From a virus, in IMG/VR virus record IMGVR_UViG_3300045988_060017, positions 1 to 36,670 of that record: a stretch of 36,670 bases of DNA, one strand, 5' to 3'. Under the pieces are notes generated by a model. The model was not told the origin of the DNA. It did no database searches and worked only from the letters and a program-made list of their open reading frames with translations. The position numbers and the translations under genes were made by a program. Shown piece by piece: positions 6,895 through 15,227 of this stretch (the stretch's first letter is position 1; the number at the start of each line of letters is the position of its first letter).

Positions 6895-8886
6895 ATGATT
6901 AACCCAATTTACATAGACTTTGAGACGTATTCCAGCGAGGATATAAAGACGGGCGGCGCGTACAGATACACGTCCGCAATCGACTTTGAGATACTCCTAG
7001 TAGGTTACGCAGTTGGGGACGGTGATGTAGTTATAGTAGATGTTGCAAACGATGAACTCGAGTGGAGAAGATTTAAAGACCTTATACAGGATGAACGCTA
7101 CACGATAGTAGCGCACAACGCGCAATTTGAAAGATTGTGCCTAAAGGCCTACGGTATTAATATTCCGGCAAAGAGATTCTTATGCACCGCGTCACTGGCA
7201 TTATATGCGGGTTTTCCCGAATCACTTAAAATGGTATCTTCCGCGCTAAATCTGAAAGAAGGAAAGAAGGGAACCGGATTGGTCCTAATAAAATTCTTCT
7301 GCCTTCCACAGCAGGATAAGACCGGAAACACGTACCGTAACTATATGCAGGACTTTCCCGAGAAGGCCGAGGAATTTATAGATTATCTACGTTATGATGT
7401 TCTATCAGAACGCGAGGCATACCATAGATTAGAGTACTGCGGCTTTCCCGAATCGGAAAGGGAAGTATATGCGCTAGACCAATATATTAATGACGCCGGG
7501 ATAAAGATAGATACAGAGCTAGCCACGAATGCGGAGAAGATTAACAACGAGTTTTGCGACGGGCTGAAACACCGCATAAAAGACCTGTACGGAATATCCT
7601 CTCTAAAGTCAACCGCGCAACTGAAGAATTTTTGCCTTATCCGCACCGGAAAGAATTTCGATTCATTCCGGAAAGAGGATATAGACGCTATTATAGAGGA
7701 GTGCAACGACGAACAAGTAGCGGACGTATTAGAATCACGGAAGATTATCAATAAGACCAGCAACGCCAAATATACGTCAATGCTAAATTGCGTATGTCCG
7801 GACGGGCGCGTACATGGATTGTACCGTTACTATGGGGCGGGGCGTACAGGCCGTTTTGCGGGGCGCCTAGTGCAGATGCAGAACCTACCGCGCAATTATA
7901 TAACGGAGCTAGACGCGTGCCGTGATGACGCTAAAAAGAGTGATTTAAGTACGTTCGAAATGTTTTGGGGCGATGCGCCGGGAATGCTTTCCCAACTTAT
8001 CCGCACCGCCTTTATAGCTGATACCGGAAAGATATTTGTAGTTGCGGATTATTCCGCAATCGAGGCGCGCGTATTGGCGGGCCTGGCCCGTGAAGAATGG
8101 CGCCTAGATGCTTTCCGCAATGGAAAGGATATATATGTAGTATCCGCTAGCCGTACATTCAGCCTACCGGAAAATCAGTGCGGCAAAGGTACACATTACA
8201 GGCAGCAAGGAAAGGTAACGGAGTTGGCACTAGGATACGAAGGTTGGGTAGGGGCTATGGAAGTTATGGATTATGAAAAATCAATAGACCCGGCACTATA
8301 CAAGGATATAATACTACGTTGGCGCGACGCTTCCCCACGGATAGTCGAATTTTGGGAAACACTGGATTCAAAGGCGAAACTTTGCATACGTAACAAAAAG
8401 AGGGTAGATGTAATAGTGTACGGTGTATGGGTGTGCGCGTTCGAGTGGTTCACAGAAAACAATTCACTTGCTATCCGGTTACCTTCCGGGCGCCGCCTGT
8501 TTTACCCGGAATGCCGGATAAAGACAAAAACAATAAAGGGTAGGGAAAGAAGTGTTATAACATACATGGGAGTTAACCTTACCGGGAAATGGGGAGAACT
8601 GGACACATACGGCGGAAAGCTGACCGAGAATATAACACAGGCGGTTAGCCGCGATTTGTTAGTACATGGAATGCAAACCATAAGAGAGAGATTTCCGGAT
8701 GTGGATATAGTGGGGCATATACATGATGAGACGGTTAACGAGGTGCCTCTAGACGATTTTGGGGAACCAACCGTAACATTACGGGAGATTTGCCAAGCTA
8801 TGGCGACTACACCGGAATGGGCCGAACCGTTCGGAATACCGTTGAACGCGGAAGGATTTATAAGTAATTACTATAAGAAGGATTAA
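6895..8886 (+). CDS. Family A DNA polymerase with a 3'-5' exonuclease domain and no 5'-3' exonuclease domain (663 aa)
   Basis: Exo motifs IYIDFETYS, HNAQFE and YLRYDV. Pol motif A is VVADYSAIEARVLA, motif B is RQQGKVTELALGYEG and motif C is GHIHDE. Confidence 0.95.
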   Translation: MINPIYIDFETYSSEDIKTGGAYRYTSAIDFEILLVGYAVGDGDVVIVDVANDELEWRRFKDLIQDERYTIVAHNAQFERLCLKAYGINIPAKRFLCTASLALYAGFPESLKMVSSALNLKEGKKGTGLVLIKFFCLPQQDKTGNTYRNYMQDFPEKAEEFIDYLRYDVLSEREAYHRLEYCGFPESEREVYALDQYINDAGIKIDTELATNAEKINNEFCDGLKHRIKDLYGISSLKSTAQLKNFCLIRTGKNFDSFRKEDIDAIIEECNDEQVADVLESRKIINKTSNAKYTSMLNCVCPDGRVHGLYRYYGAGRTGRFAGRLVQMQNLPRNYITELDACRDDAKKSDLSTFEMFWGDAPGMLSQLIRTAFIADTGKIFVVADYSAIEARVLAGLAREEWRLDAFRNGKDIYVVSASRTFSLPENQCGKGTHYRQQGKVTELALGYEGWVGAMEVMDYEKSIDPALYKDIILRWRDASPRIVEFWETLDSKAKLCIRNKKRVDVIVYGVWVCAFEWFTENNSLAIRLPSGRRLFYPECRIKTKTIKGRERSVITYMGVNLTGKWGELDTYGGKLTENITQAVSRDLLVHGMQTIRERFPDVDIVGHIHDETVNEVPLDDFGEPTVTLREICQAMATTPEWAEPFGIPLNAEGFISNYYKKD

Positions 8887-8888
8887 AT

Positions 8889-11270
8889 ATGAATAAGTAC
8901 ACATTGTCGGTTGCAGGTAGTTCAGCGTCTTTAAAATGGTCTACTATCAGATATACGTGGGATGATTTTTTGGAACGCCTCAACCGTGATATACGCAGTA
9001 CGGAGACTATGCGCGATTTTGATAGGCTAGACCGCACGGCGCGCGCCAATCTGAAAGACGTTGGCGGATATATGGCGGGGGAACTTTCCGGCACTAGACG
9101 TCTTAAAAGTGCGGTATTATCACGGTCTATGATAACATTAGACGTTGACTATGCTGACAGTCTTTTTCCTGTGGAGTTTGAGACTAGGTTTCCCGGTGTA
9201 GCAGCCGTTATATACAATACACGTTCAGACCGGGAAAAGAGCAGGCGGTTCCGTGTGGTTATTCCGTTCGCCGAAGAAGTGCAGGACGCGGCGCAATACG
9301 AAGCCGCAGCGCGTAAAATGGCGGAATTGCTAGGTATAGACTTGTTCGACCCTACCACATTCCAAGCCGAACGGATGATGTATTGGCAATCTCTCTCATC
9401 AGACCAACCGAAAGTTTTCGAAGTGTTCGAGGGTGAGCCTATCAGCGCCGAATACCTGTTATCCCTGTACGGGAATAACGAGGAGTGGCGAGATATCCGT
9501 AATTGGGCGTTCAAGTCAGACCAGGAGAAAGAGACACGCGCAATTGTCAGTAAGGCAATGGCGCAGAACCCCCGCGAAAAGGCGGGTCTAGTAGGGGCGT
9601 TTTGCCGGGCTTATTCCGTTCCGGCAGCTATCGAAAAGTACCTTTCGGACGTGTACGAGATAGCGCCGGGAAACGACCGTTACACTTACAAGGCGGGGCA
9701 TAGTGTGGGCGGTATGATAGTATTTGACGACCTATTTTGTTTCTCGTACCACTCCACCGACCCGATATCGGACGGGCACGCATACAACGCATACGACCTT
9801 GTGCGTGTGCATAAGTTCGGGCACCTAGGCAAAGAGGACAGCACAAAGGAGATGAACAAACTGGTTTGCGCGGATAAGGAATGCGTTAAAGACATGGTTA
9901 CGCCGGATGCCGACCTAGACGATTTCGACGATTACGGGGATGCAGTGAAGTCAGATAGCACCAAGGAAGTTACGGAACTTGTGTGGGATTTAGACGGAAA
10001 AGGAAACAAGCAAGTAACAGTTAACAACTTCGTTAACGCCTTCAAGTCCGACCCCCTGTTAAATGGGCTGTTGGCTTATGACATGCTAAAGGAGACGATA
10101 GTATTTACCCGCCCGTCATTCACCGCCAAGGGAAGCAAGAAGGGCGACCTAGTCAATGATACGGATATCTCCATTATCAAGGGCCGCATAGAACGCATGC
10201 ACGGGATATACAATGATGCCAAGCTGAACGACGCGATAGAACAGGTTAGCAGTGATAACGCTTTCCACCCTATCAAATTGTATCTAGAGTCGTTGACATG
10301 GGACGGAGTACCGCGCATTGACACATTTCTAGTTGATTATATGGGGGCCGAGGATAACGCATATACTCGCGAGGCGTTCCGCAAAATGCTGCTCGCAGCC
10401 GTTACCCGCATATACGAGCCGGGGCGAAAGTTCGACACCGCTCTAGTGTTCTATTCCGAGCAGGGGGTAGGAAAGTCTACTCTTATCCAGCGGCTTTCTA
10501 AAGGCTGGTTCAACGACTCGTTAACCAACTTATCCGGTAAAGAGTCATACGAGGCTATTCAATTTGCGTGGCTCGTGGAACTAGCCGAATTATCAGCCCT
10601 AAGAAAATCGGACGTTGAGGCTGTTAAGAACTTCATATCGAAGCGGGAAGATACGTACAGGGGCGCATACGCTAGACGCGTGAAAACTCATAAGAGACAA
10701 TGCGTATTTTTCGGCTCTACCAATGATGACGAATTTCTGAAAGACGCGACCGGAAACAGACGATTTTTTCCCGTGGAGGTGAAACGCACAAGGAAAACCC
10801 GCCTTATATTTGAACCGGAATTTGATGCCATTGTAGACCAACTTTGGGCGGAAGCAATGGAGGGGTACATGTTAGGTGAAGCCCTCACACTATCGGATGA
10901 AGCGGAAGCCATTGCCGGCGGAACGCGCGAGGAGTTCACAGAGCGCACACCGATACAAGGTCTTATAGAGGAATACCTAGATAGACTTTTCCCGGCTGAC
11001 TATGAAGATAGATTCCTAGCGCAACGCCTGGATTTCCTTAACGGTGATTTAGGGGAGGAAGGAACGGAAACTAAAAACTCTTTCAGTCTTATTGAATTAT
11101 GGACGGAAGCACTAGGAAGGCGGAAAGACGAGTACACAGTAGTTAAGGCCCGCGAGCTATCCAACGCGGTAAAGGCGCTGAAAGGGTGGAAGCGCGACAA
11201 GCAGGCCCGGCAGAAAATATACGGCCCGCAGGTTATTTATAGGCGAGTGGGTGCGGGTATTACAAAATAA
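8889..11270 (+). CDS. Primase-helicase: N-terminal AEP (prim-pol-like) domain fused to a VirE/D5-like SF3 helicase (793 aa)
   Basis: AEP-like motifs LDVDY (DxD) and FSYHSTD (sxH). Walker A is SEQGVGKST and Walker B-like is WLVELAEL. It lies directly downstream of the polymerase. Confidence 0.85.
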   Translation: MNKYTLSVAGSSASLKWSTIRYTWDDFLERLNRDIRSTETMRDFDRLDRTARANLKDVGGYMAGELSGTRRLKSAVLSRSMITLDVDYADSLFPVEFETRFPGVAAVIYNTRSDREKSRRFRVVIPFAEEVQDAAQYEAAARKMAELLGIDLFDPTTFQAERMMYWQSLSSDQPKVFEVFEGEPISAEYLLSLYGNNEEWRDIRNWAFKSDQEKETRAIVSKAMAQNPREKAGLVGAFCRAYSVPAAIEKYLSDVYEIAPGNDRYTYKAGHSVGGMIVFDDLFCFSYHSTDPISDGHAYNAYDLVRVHKFGHLGKEDSTKEMNKLVCADKECVKDMVTPDADLDDFDDYGDAVKSDSTKEVTELVWDLDGKGNKQVTVNNFVNAFKSDPLLNGLLAYDMLKETIVFTRPSFTAKGSKKGDLVNDTDISIIKGRIERMHGIYNDAKLNDAIEQVSSDNAFHPIKLYLESLTWDGVPRIDTFLVDYMGAEDNAYTREAFRKMLLAAVTRIYEPGRKFDTALVFYSEQGVGKSTLIQRLSKGWFNDSLTNLSGKESYEAIQFAWLVELAELSALRKSDVEAVKNFISKREDTYRGAYARRVKTHKRQCVFFGSTNDDEFLKDATGNRRFFPVEVKRTRKTRLIFEPEFDAIVDQLWAEAMEGYMLGEALTLSDEAEAIAGGTREEFTERTPIQGLIEEYLDRLFPADYEDRFLAQRLDFLNGDLGEEGTETKNSFSLIELWTEALGRRKDEYTVVKARELSNAVKALKGWKRDKQARQKIYGPQVIYRRVGAGITK

Positions 11271-11274
11271 TGAG

Positions 11275-11282
11275 TATCTTTG
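11275..11282 (+). promoter_or_regulatory. Orphan -7-like box TATCTTTG just after the primase stop codon
   Basis: The octamer is identical to the -7 box of P1-P4. No TTTG lies at the expected -33 position. Confidence 0.3.
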
Positions 11283-11353
11283 CCGCGAGAGAATCAATTA
11301 CTACTCATTCAATTCATCACCAACTACTATTTTAAGGGGTTTACAGTTCAGAA

Positions 11354-11389
11354 AGGAGACGTTGCGAAACGTTTCCTTTTCTTTATTTG
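11354..11389 (+). terminator. Rho-independent terminator
   Basis: aggagacgtt (11354-11363), GCGA tetraloop, aacgtttcct (11368-11377). This gives a 10-bp stem with one G-U pair, followed by tttctttatttg. Confidence 0.85.
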
Positions 11390-11421
11390 TGTTAAATCTA
11401 CAAAGAATTTTCTCAAAGAGT

Positions 11422-11451
11422 TTTGCAGTTCAAAAAGTATCCGTATCTTTG
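11422..11451 (+). promoter_or_regulatory. Early promoter P2: -33 TTTG at 11422-11425, -7 TATCTTTG at 11444-11451
   Basis: gttttgcagttcaaaaagtatccgTATCTTTGcaatgtca is nearly identical to P1. Confidence 0.75.
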
Positions 11452-11493
11452 CAATGTCAATAAGAGATTAATAACCCTTTAAAATTAAAAGAT

Positions 11494-11745
11494 ATGGCAA
11501 CTAAAGTAATAGACGAAAAGAAGAAATTTAGCTACGTAGTGACATTTGACCTGTTCAGACAAACCAATGTTAAGATATCAGTAGGTAATAAGATATACGA
11601 ATTCGTGAACGTAGTCAACGACTATAACACCGCTAACGGGTGTAACACTATCGCGGTTCTGTACGACTTTAAGAGCCGAAAGTACGTAGCCGTAAATATA
11701 CAAGACGAGAAGATTAACAGCAAAGAATGTGTAATAATCAAGTAA
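11494..11745 (+). CDS. Hypothetical protein (83 aa)
   Basis: ATG preceded by the conserved leader ataaccctttaaaattaaaagat, downstream of P2. Confidence 0.65.
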   Translation: MATKVIDEKKKFSYVVTFDLFRQTNVKISVGNKIYEFVNVVNDYNTANGCNTIAVLYDFKSRKYVAVNIQDEKINSKECVIIK

Positions 11746-11756
11746 TCATTAACCGG

Positions 11757-11772
11757 GGCGGGGCGACCCGCC
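11757..11772 (+). other. GC hairpin ggcggg-GCGA-cccgcc, a possible weak terminator or RNA-stability element
   Basis: Perfect 6-bp stem with a GNRA loop, 12 nt after the stop codon. The downstream tract (tataaaac) is not U-rich. Confidence 0.35.
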
Positions 11773-11788
11773 TATAAAACATAATGAC

Positions 11789-11977
11789 ATGAAGATTAAA
11801 GTAACTTATAAGGTTAGCGGAAAACGCACCGTATCCACTGTAATAGAATTAAATGCCGAAAGTATAGCGGACATGCTAAAGGATATACCATTTAATGAAA
11901 TATCCGAAAAGGCAGGGGCCAGAAAGAAGGAAGCGGTAAGATATGGTTATATATCAAAAATTGAGGACCTAGATTAA
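11789..11977 (+). CDS. Hypothetical protein (62 aa)
   Basis: ORF in the single-strand gene array. No motif recognised. Confidence 0.5.
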   Translation: MKIKVTYKVSGKRTVSTVIELNAESIADMLKDIPFNEISEKAGARKKEAVRYGYISKIEDLD

Positions 11978-11989
11978 AGCCATACGGAC

Positions 11990-12088
11990 ATGAAGAAGAA
12001 TATACTTACATTTTTAACGTACCTATTTTGGGCGGTCGCGTTCGTAGCGTTTGTGTTATTATTCTGTGAACCAACAACTAATATATAA
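11990..12088 (+). CDS. Candidate small membrane protein (32 aa), below the ORF-track size cutoff
   Basis: The ORF translates to MKKNILTFLTYLFWAVAFVAFVLLFCEPTTNI: a basic N-terminus and one hydrophobic helix. It fills an otherwise empty 116-nt gap. Confidence 0.4.
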   Translation: MKKNILTFLTYLFWAVAFVAFVLLFCEPTTNI

Positions 12089-12093
12089 AGATT

Positions 12094-12315
12094 ATGTTTG
12101 AGATTTTAAAAGTAACCGTTATATTTGAAAGCGGGGAGGTAGTTAAGTACGTAGGTGACAGTGTTAGGCGCCTTATGGGAACGCCGGATGTATCCCACAT
12201 AGATACGGCACGGAAAATTATATGGGCCCGTATAAAAGACCTCCAAGAAGAACCCCGTAACGAGGCTCTAGGAAGGGTAGAGAGGATTATACTAGCGTAC
12301 AGGGAGAAGGAGTAA
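12094..12315 (+). CDS. Hypothetical protein (73 aa)
   Basis: ORF in the array. No motif recognised. Confidence 0.5.
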   Translation: MFEILKVTVIFESGEVVKYVGDSVRRLMGTPDVSHIDTARKIIWARIKDLQEEPRNEALGRVERIILAYREKE

Positions 12316-12341
12316 AGTACTAATCGTTAAATAATAAGATT

Positions 12342-12623
12342 ATGAGTAACAGAAAGAAACTAAGAGGGACAAGGGACGGCGCCACCCGTATAACGCCGGA
12401 CAAGTCATTTAACGGCCAGTTTATGGGAGTGTACAAATTGGAGGTCTACGATAAGAAGTCGGACAATTGGAACACCCTAGAGGGGTGCAGTAACTTAACG
12501 TGGGGGCGGGCAGTCATAGCCCGTACCAATTACACCGCGCTACGGAGGGAATGCAAGATAGCTAACAATACCGTTATACGGATAGTAAGACCGGGAATCG
12601 ATGAAGGCGAACGAGACGAGTGA
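12342..12623 (+). CDS. Hypothetical protein (93 aa)
   Basis: ORF in the array. It overlaps the VRR-NUC start by 23 nt. Confidence 0.55.
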   Translation: MSNRKKLRGTRDGATRITPDKSFNGQFMGVYKLEVYDKKSDNWNTLEGCSNLTWGRAVIARTNYTALRRECKIANNTVIRIVRPGIDEGERDE

Positions 12624-12915
12624 AAAGGTATTTGAACGTACTTTATCTAAGTACGTCAATGACAATGGAGGGATAGCAGTAAAATTGCTATCCCAATTTG
12701 TTAACGGGCTGCCCGACCGTATGTACCTGTTGCCCGGCGGGCACGCGCTGTTTGTTGAATTCAAGAGTACAGGAAAGAAGCCCACCAAGATACAGGAACA
12801 TATTATAGACCGGATACGAAAGGTAGGATTTTCCGTTATGGTAGTGGACAGTCCGGAAGCATACAAAAACGCTGTTTTGTACATTGATAAGTTACTAGGT
12901 GTTAATATCGAATGA
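12601..12915 (+). CDS. VRR-NUC domain nuclease (104 aa)
   Basis: GLPDRMYLLPGGHALFVEFKSTGKKPTKIQ matches the VRR-NUC core (PD...ExK, then Q). Confidence 0.8.
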   Translation: MKANETSEKVFERTLSKYVNDNGGIAVKLLSQFVNGLPDRMYLLPGGHALFVEFKSTGKKPTKIQEHIIDRIRKVGFSVMVVDSPEAYKNAVLYIDKLLGVNIE

Positions 12916-12950
12916 ACTGATATAACGAATGTTAATGTTTTGACAAAAAG

Positions 12951-12981
12951 TTTGGTAGTCCGGAAAGTATGCGTATCTTTG
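12951..12981 (+). promoter_or_regulatory. Early promoter P3: -33 TTTG at 12951-12954, -7 TATCTTTG at 12974-12981
   Basis: gtttggtagtccggaaagtatgcgTATCTTTGaagtgtca is the third copy of the cassette, with a 19-nt spacer. Confidence 0.7.
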
Positions 12982-13019
12982 AAGTGTCAAAAGGAAATAA
13001 CCACTTAAAATTAGAAGAT

Positions 13020-13160
13020 ATGAAAAAGTATTATGTAAATGGAAAAGAGATATCAGAACAAGAAGCGAAAGCTATTGAGGCAAAGAACGCCGAATATATG
13101 GGTAGCACCGATTTTTCCCTGTGGGCTAAATGCGAATTCATTACAGTAATAACCCTTTAA
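13020..13160 (+). CDS. Hypothetical small protein (46 aa); start moved from the ORF-track position 12969
   Basis: ATG 12969 lies inside the P3 -7 region. ATG 13020 is in frame and is preceded by the conserved leader ataaccacttaaaattagaagat. Confidence 0.5.
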   Translation: MKKYYVNGKEISEQEAKAIEAKNAEYMGSTDFSLWAKCEFITVITL

Positions 13161-13171
13161 AATTAGGATAT

Positions 13172-13333
13172 ATGGAAACTAAAACTTATAATTATTGTGT
13201 ATTATTTGGAATAACGAACCCCGTCATGGAAACATGGTATGACTACACCGAGAGTGCAGCAAGAAGAAAAGCCGAAAGACGTGCTAAGAAGTGGAATTGT
13301 GAAGTACGAATTTTCAAAGAATTATCTATATAA
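13172..13333 (+). CDS. Hypothetical small basic protein (53 aa); start moved from 13130
   Basis: ATG 13172 is in frame and is preceded by the conserved leader ataaccctttaaaattaggatat. Confidence 0.5.
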   Translation: METKTYNYCVLFGITNPVMETWYDYTESAARRKAERRAKKWNCEVRIFKELSI

Positions 13334-13334
13334 T

Positions 13335-13643
13335 ATGAAGTACCAACAAGGAGACCTAACCGAGGCGGATATAAAGGCCCGCTGTCGGTTTTGGAACAAG
13401 AGGGGGTTTTTTGGAACCCCTACAAAGAAGGAGCTAGAAAAACGTTCCAAGAAAATGCGGGAGCTATTATCCGCTATTAAGGATACGACCTATGAGGAAA
13501 TAACGGCGATACGGTGTACAATGTGGTTAAGGCATTTAAATAAGAAACAACTCATTGTTCGGAATGCTGATAAAAAAGACCTAGACTATGCTTTGCAGAT
13601 TGCCCCTAAGACATTTAAAGTAAACCAATCAAATAACATTTAA
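13335..13643 (+). CDS. Hypothetical protein (102 aa); start moved from 13239
   Basis: ATG 13335 is in frame and lies 1 nt after the upstream stop (13331-13333). This removes a 95-nt overlap. Confidence 0.5.
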   Translation: MKYQQGDLTEADIKARCRFWNKRGFFGTPTKKELEKRSKKMRELLSAIKDTTYEEITAIRCTMWLRHLNKKQLIVRNADKKDLDYALQIAPKTFKVNQSNNI

Positions 13644-13654
13644 AAATTAGAATC

Positions 13655-14080
13655 ATGAAAAAGTTAATCGGTATTTTAGCAGTAGTTTTGTTCTCAGTTA
13701 GCGCAATGGCGCAAGTATCTAGCCAGTCCGGGAAATTGGAGGTTATGAAGTCGTTCCGCCTAGGTACATGTAAGTTAGTGAAGGTAGAAAAGGAGGGCGC
13801 GGTAACGTATCAGATAACCGCCCTTATAGCGAATGCAGCGTCACACGAGTTAGACATACCATTGGGGGATAAAGACGCCGCTACGGCTCTTTTGACGTCC
13901 CTAGCGGAATACAAACCGACAAAGGGTGAGATAGTGAACCTTAACAACGTCGACGGAAATACGGCTACTTATTCCAAGTTCAACGGAACGTGGCAGATAT
14001 ACGGACGCGGAAAGACATTGTACATTGCAGTGAGCCGGAAAGAACTATTAACAATGTCCGAAATCATAGGGGGTAAATAA
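13655..14080 (+). CDS. Secreted/periplasmic protein with a Sec signal peptide (141 aa)
   Basis: MKKLIGILAVVLFSVSAMA|QVSSQ has the n-h-c structure with an AxA-like cleavage site. Confidence 0.65.
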   Translation: MKKLIGILAVVLFSVSAMAQVSSQSGKLEVMKSFRLGTCKLVKVEKEGAVTYQITALIANAASHELDIPLGDKDAATALLTSLAEYKPTKGEIVNLNNVDGNTATYSKFNGTWQIYGRGKTLYIAVSRKELLTMSEIIGGK

Positions 14081-14081
14081 C

Positions 14082-14534
14082 ATGGAGGAAAGAGATTACA
14101 ACGAGGTGTACGACAACGGTAACAACCTGTTAGAAGTGCTTGTACACATAGGAGATAACAAGGTTTTTGCCGCAACGAATAGCAATACTAGAGAAAGGAA
14201 AGTATTCCGTACCTTACAGGATTTAGAGTCATTCCTATATAACGGAGGATACCACATAACTATATCGGACAGGCGCCAAATGTTTATGCGCAATATGGAG
14301 CCGAACCGTCTTCGAAATGTGGTGTGGGTAACAACACGCCTAGACGGAAGCCCTAGAGAGGTTTGTTTCCTTCATGGTGGAAAGATTAGAACCGGGTGGG
14401 TGTTAGGAGTCAACGAGGACAACGATAATGAATTGACGGTTAGAAGTAACGTTGCCGGGGCGTACACCAATACAGAAGGTTATAAAACCGTATCTGTGCC
14501 TATCGAGAACATAGTAATACTATCAGATTATTAA
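14082..14534 (+). CDS. Hypothetical protein (150 aa)
   Basis: ORF in the array, starting 1 nt after the upstream stop. Confidence 0.6.
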   Translation: MEERDYNEVYDNGNNLLEVLVHIGDNKVFAATNSNTRERKVFRTLQDLESFLYNGGYHITISDRRQMFMRNMEPNRLRNVVWVTTRLDGSPREVCFLHGGKIRTGWVLGVNEDNDNELTVRSNVAGAYTNTEGYKTVSVPIENIVILSDY

Positions 14535-14545
14535 TATACTAAGAC

Positions 14546-14980
14546 ATGGAAGATTTTAATAAGAAACTTAAAGTAGACCGTATCAATCAGTTCGGGCACC
14601 TCGTTAAGTCTATGGCGAACGGTACGCCCGCTGAAGGGTACACAATCGGAGACGCTATAAAGGCGCTGCCGGATAACCTGCAACAATTCTTGTTGTCAGA
14701 GGTACCCGACCGGATAATACGGAAAGAGCACACTCGTAGAGGCCTCAACATCCTAGAAGATACCACGCTGCTTGCAGGTGTAGACGAACTACGGGAGACC
14801 TACACGGACGAGGTTTTCAAGGCCAACCCGGCTAGAGAGTTGTGCAACCTGTTAGGCATCAGGTCGGCCTTTCCCGATATACTAGATGTAATAGACGAGG
14901 TTCTGAAATTGTTCCCGGAAAGACTGACACGTAAAGACCTTGCTAACGAGTTATACATGGACGAGATAGGAATGAGATAA
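14546..14980 (+). CDS. Hypothetical protein (144 aa)
   Basis: ORF in the array. No motif recognised. Confidence 0.6.
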   Translation: MEDFNKKLKVDRINQFGHLVKSMANGTPAEGYTIGDAIKALPDNLQQFLLSEVPDRIIRKEHTRRGLNILEDTTLLAGVDELRETYTDEVFKANPARELCNLLGIRSAFPDILDVIDEVLKLFPERLTRKDLANELYMDEIGMR

Positions 14981-15002
14981 TAACGATTTAAATTATATAG
15001 CG

Positions 15003-15227
15003 ATGAAAAGATTTTATTATGAAGTGGGCGAAGTATTCAGAAAGGACCGAAAAAGATATGTAGTTAAAGAAGCCCCGCACGGAACTTGCAAAGGATGTGA
15101 TTTTTACAGGCTGAAACCGAACGGGCACCCGGAATGTATAGGAATGGACTACGCGTGCGATATAGATTACCGGGATGATAATAAGAGTGTTGTTTTTTCG
15201 GAACTAGGAAATGCTACGAAGGACTAA
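15003..15227 (+). CDS. Small 4-Cys (zinc-ribbon-like) protein, paralogue of 17652..17867 (74 aa)
   Basis: The pattern is ..Y.VKEAPHGTCKGCDFY....GHPEC......AC, i.e. C-x2-C-x12-C-x6-C. It shares the 'CKGCxF' core with the 71-aa ORF. Confidence 0.6.
   Translation: MKRFYYEVGEVFRKDRKRYVVKEAPHGTCKGCDFYRLKPNGHPECIGMDYACDIDYRDDNKSVVFSELGNATKD

Noticed and set aside
11251-11471. Two overlapping plus-strand ORFs (11251..11463 and 11280..11471) in the primase-P2 gap
   Set aside because: Both read straight through a strong terminator hairpin (11354-11389) and promoter P2. One uses a TTG start, and the composition is odd. The region is better explained as regulatory or small RNA.
12969-13019. 5' extensions of ORF-track models (12969, 13130, 13239) and TTG-initiated extensions (18794, 22215)
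   Set aside because: The upstream starts fall inside a promoter -7 region or create long overlaps with the preceding gene. In-frame ATGs at 13020, 13172, 13335, 18845 and 22224 carry the conserved leader or are coupled to the upstream stop.
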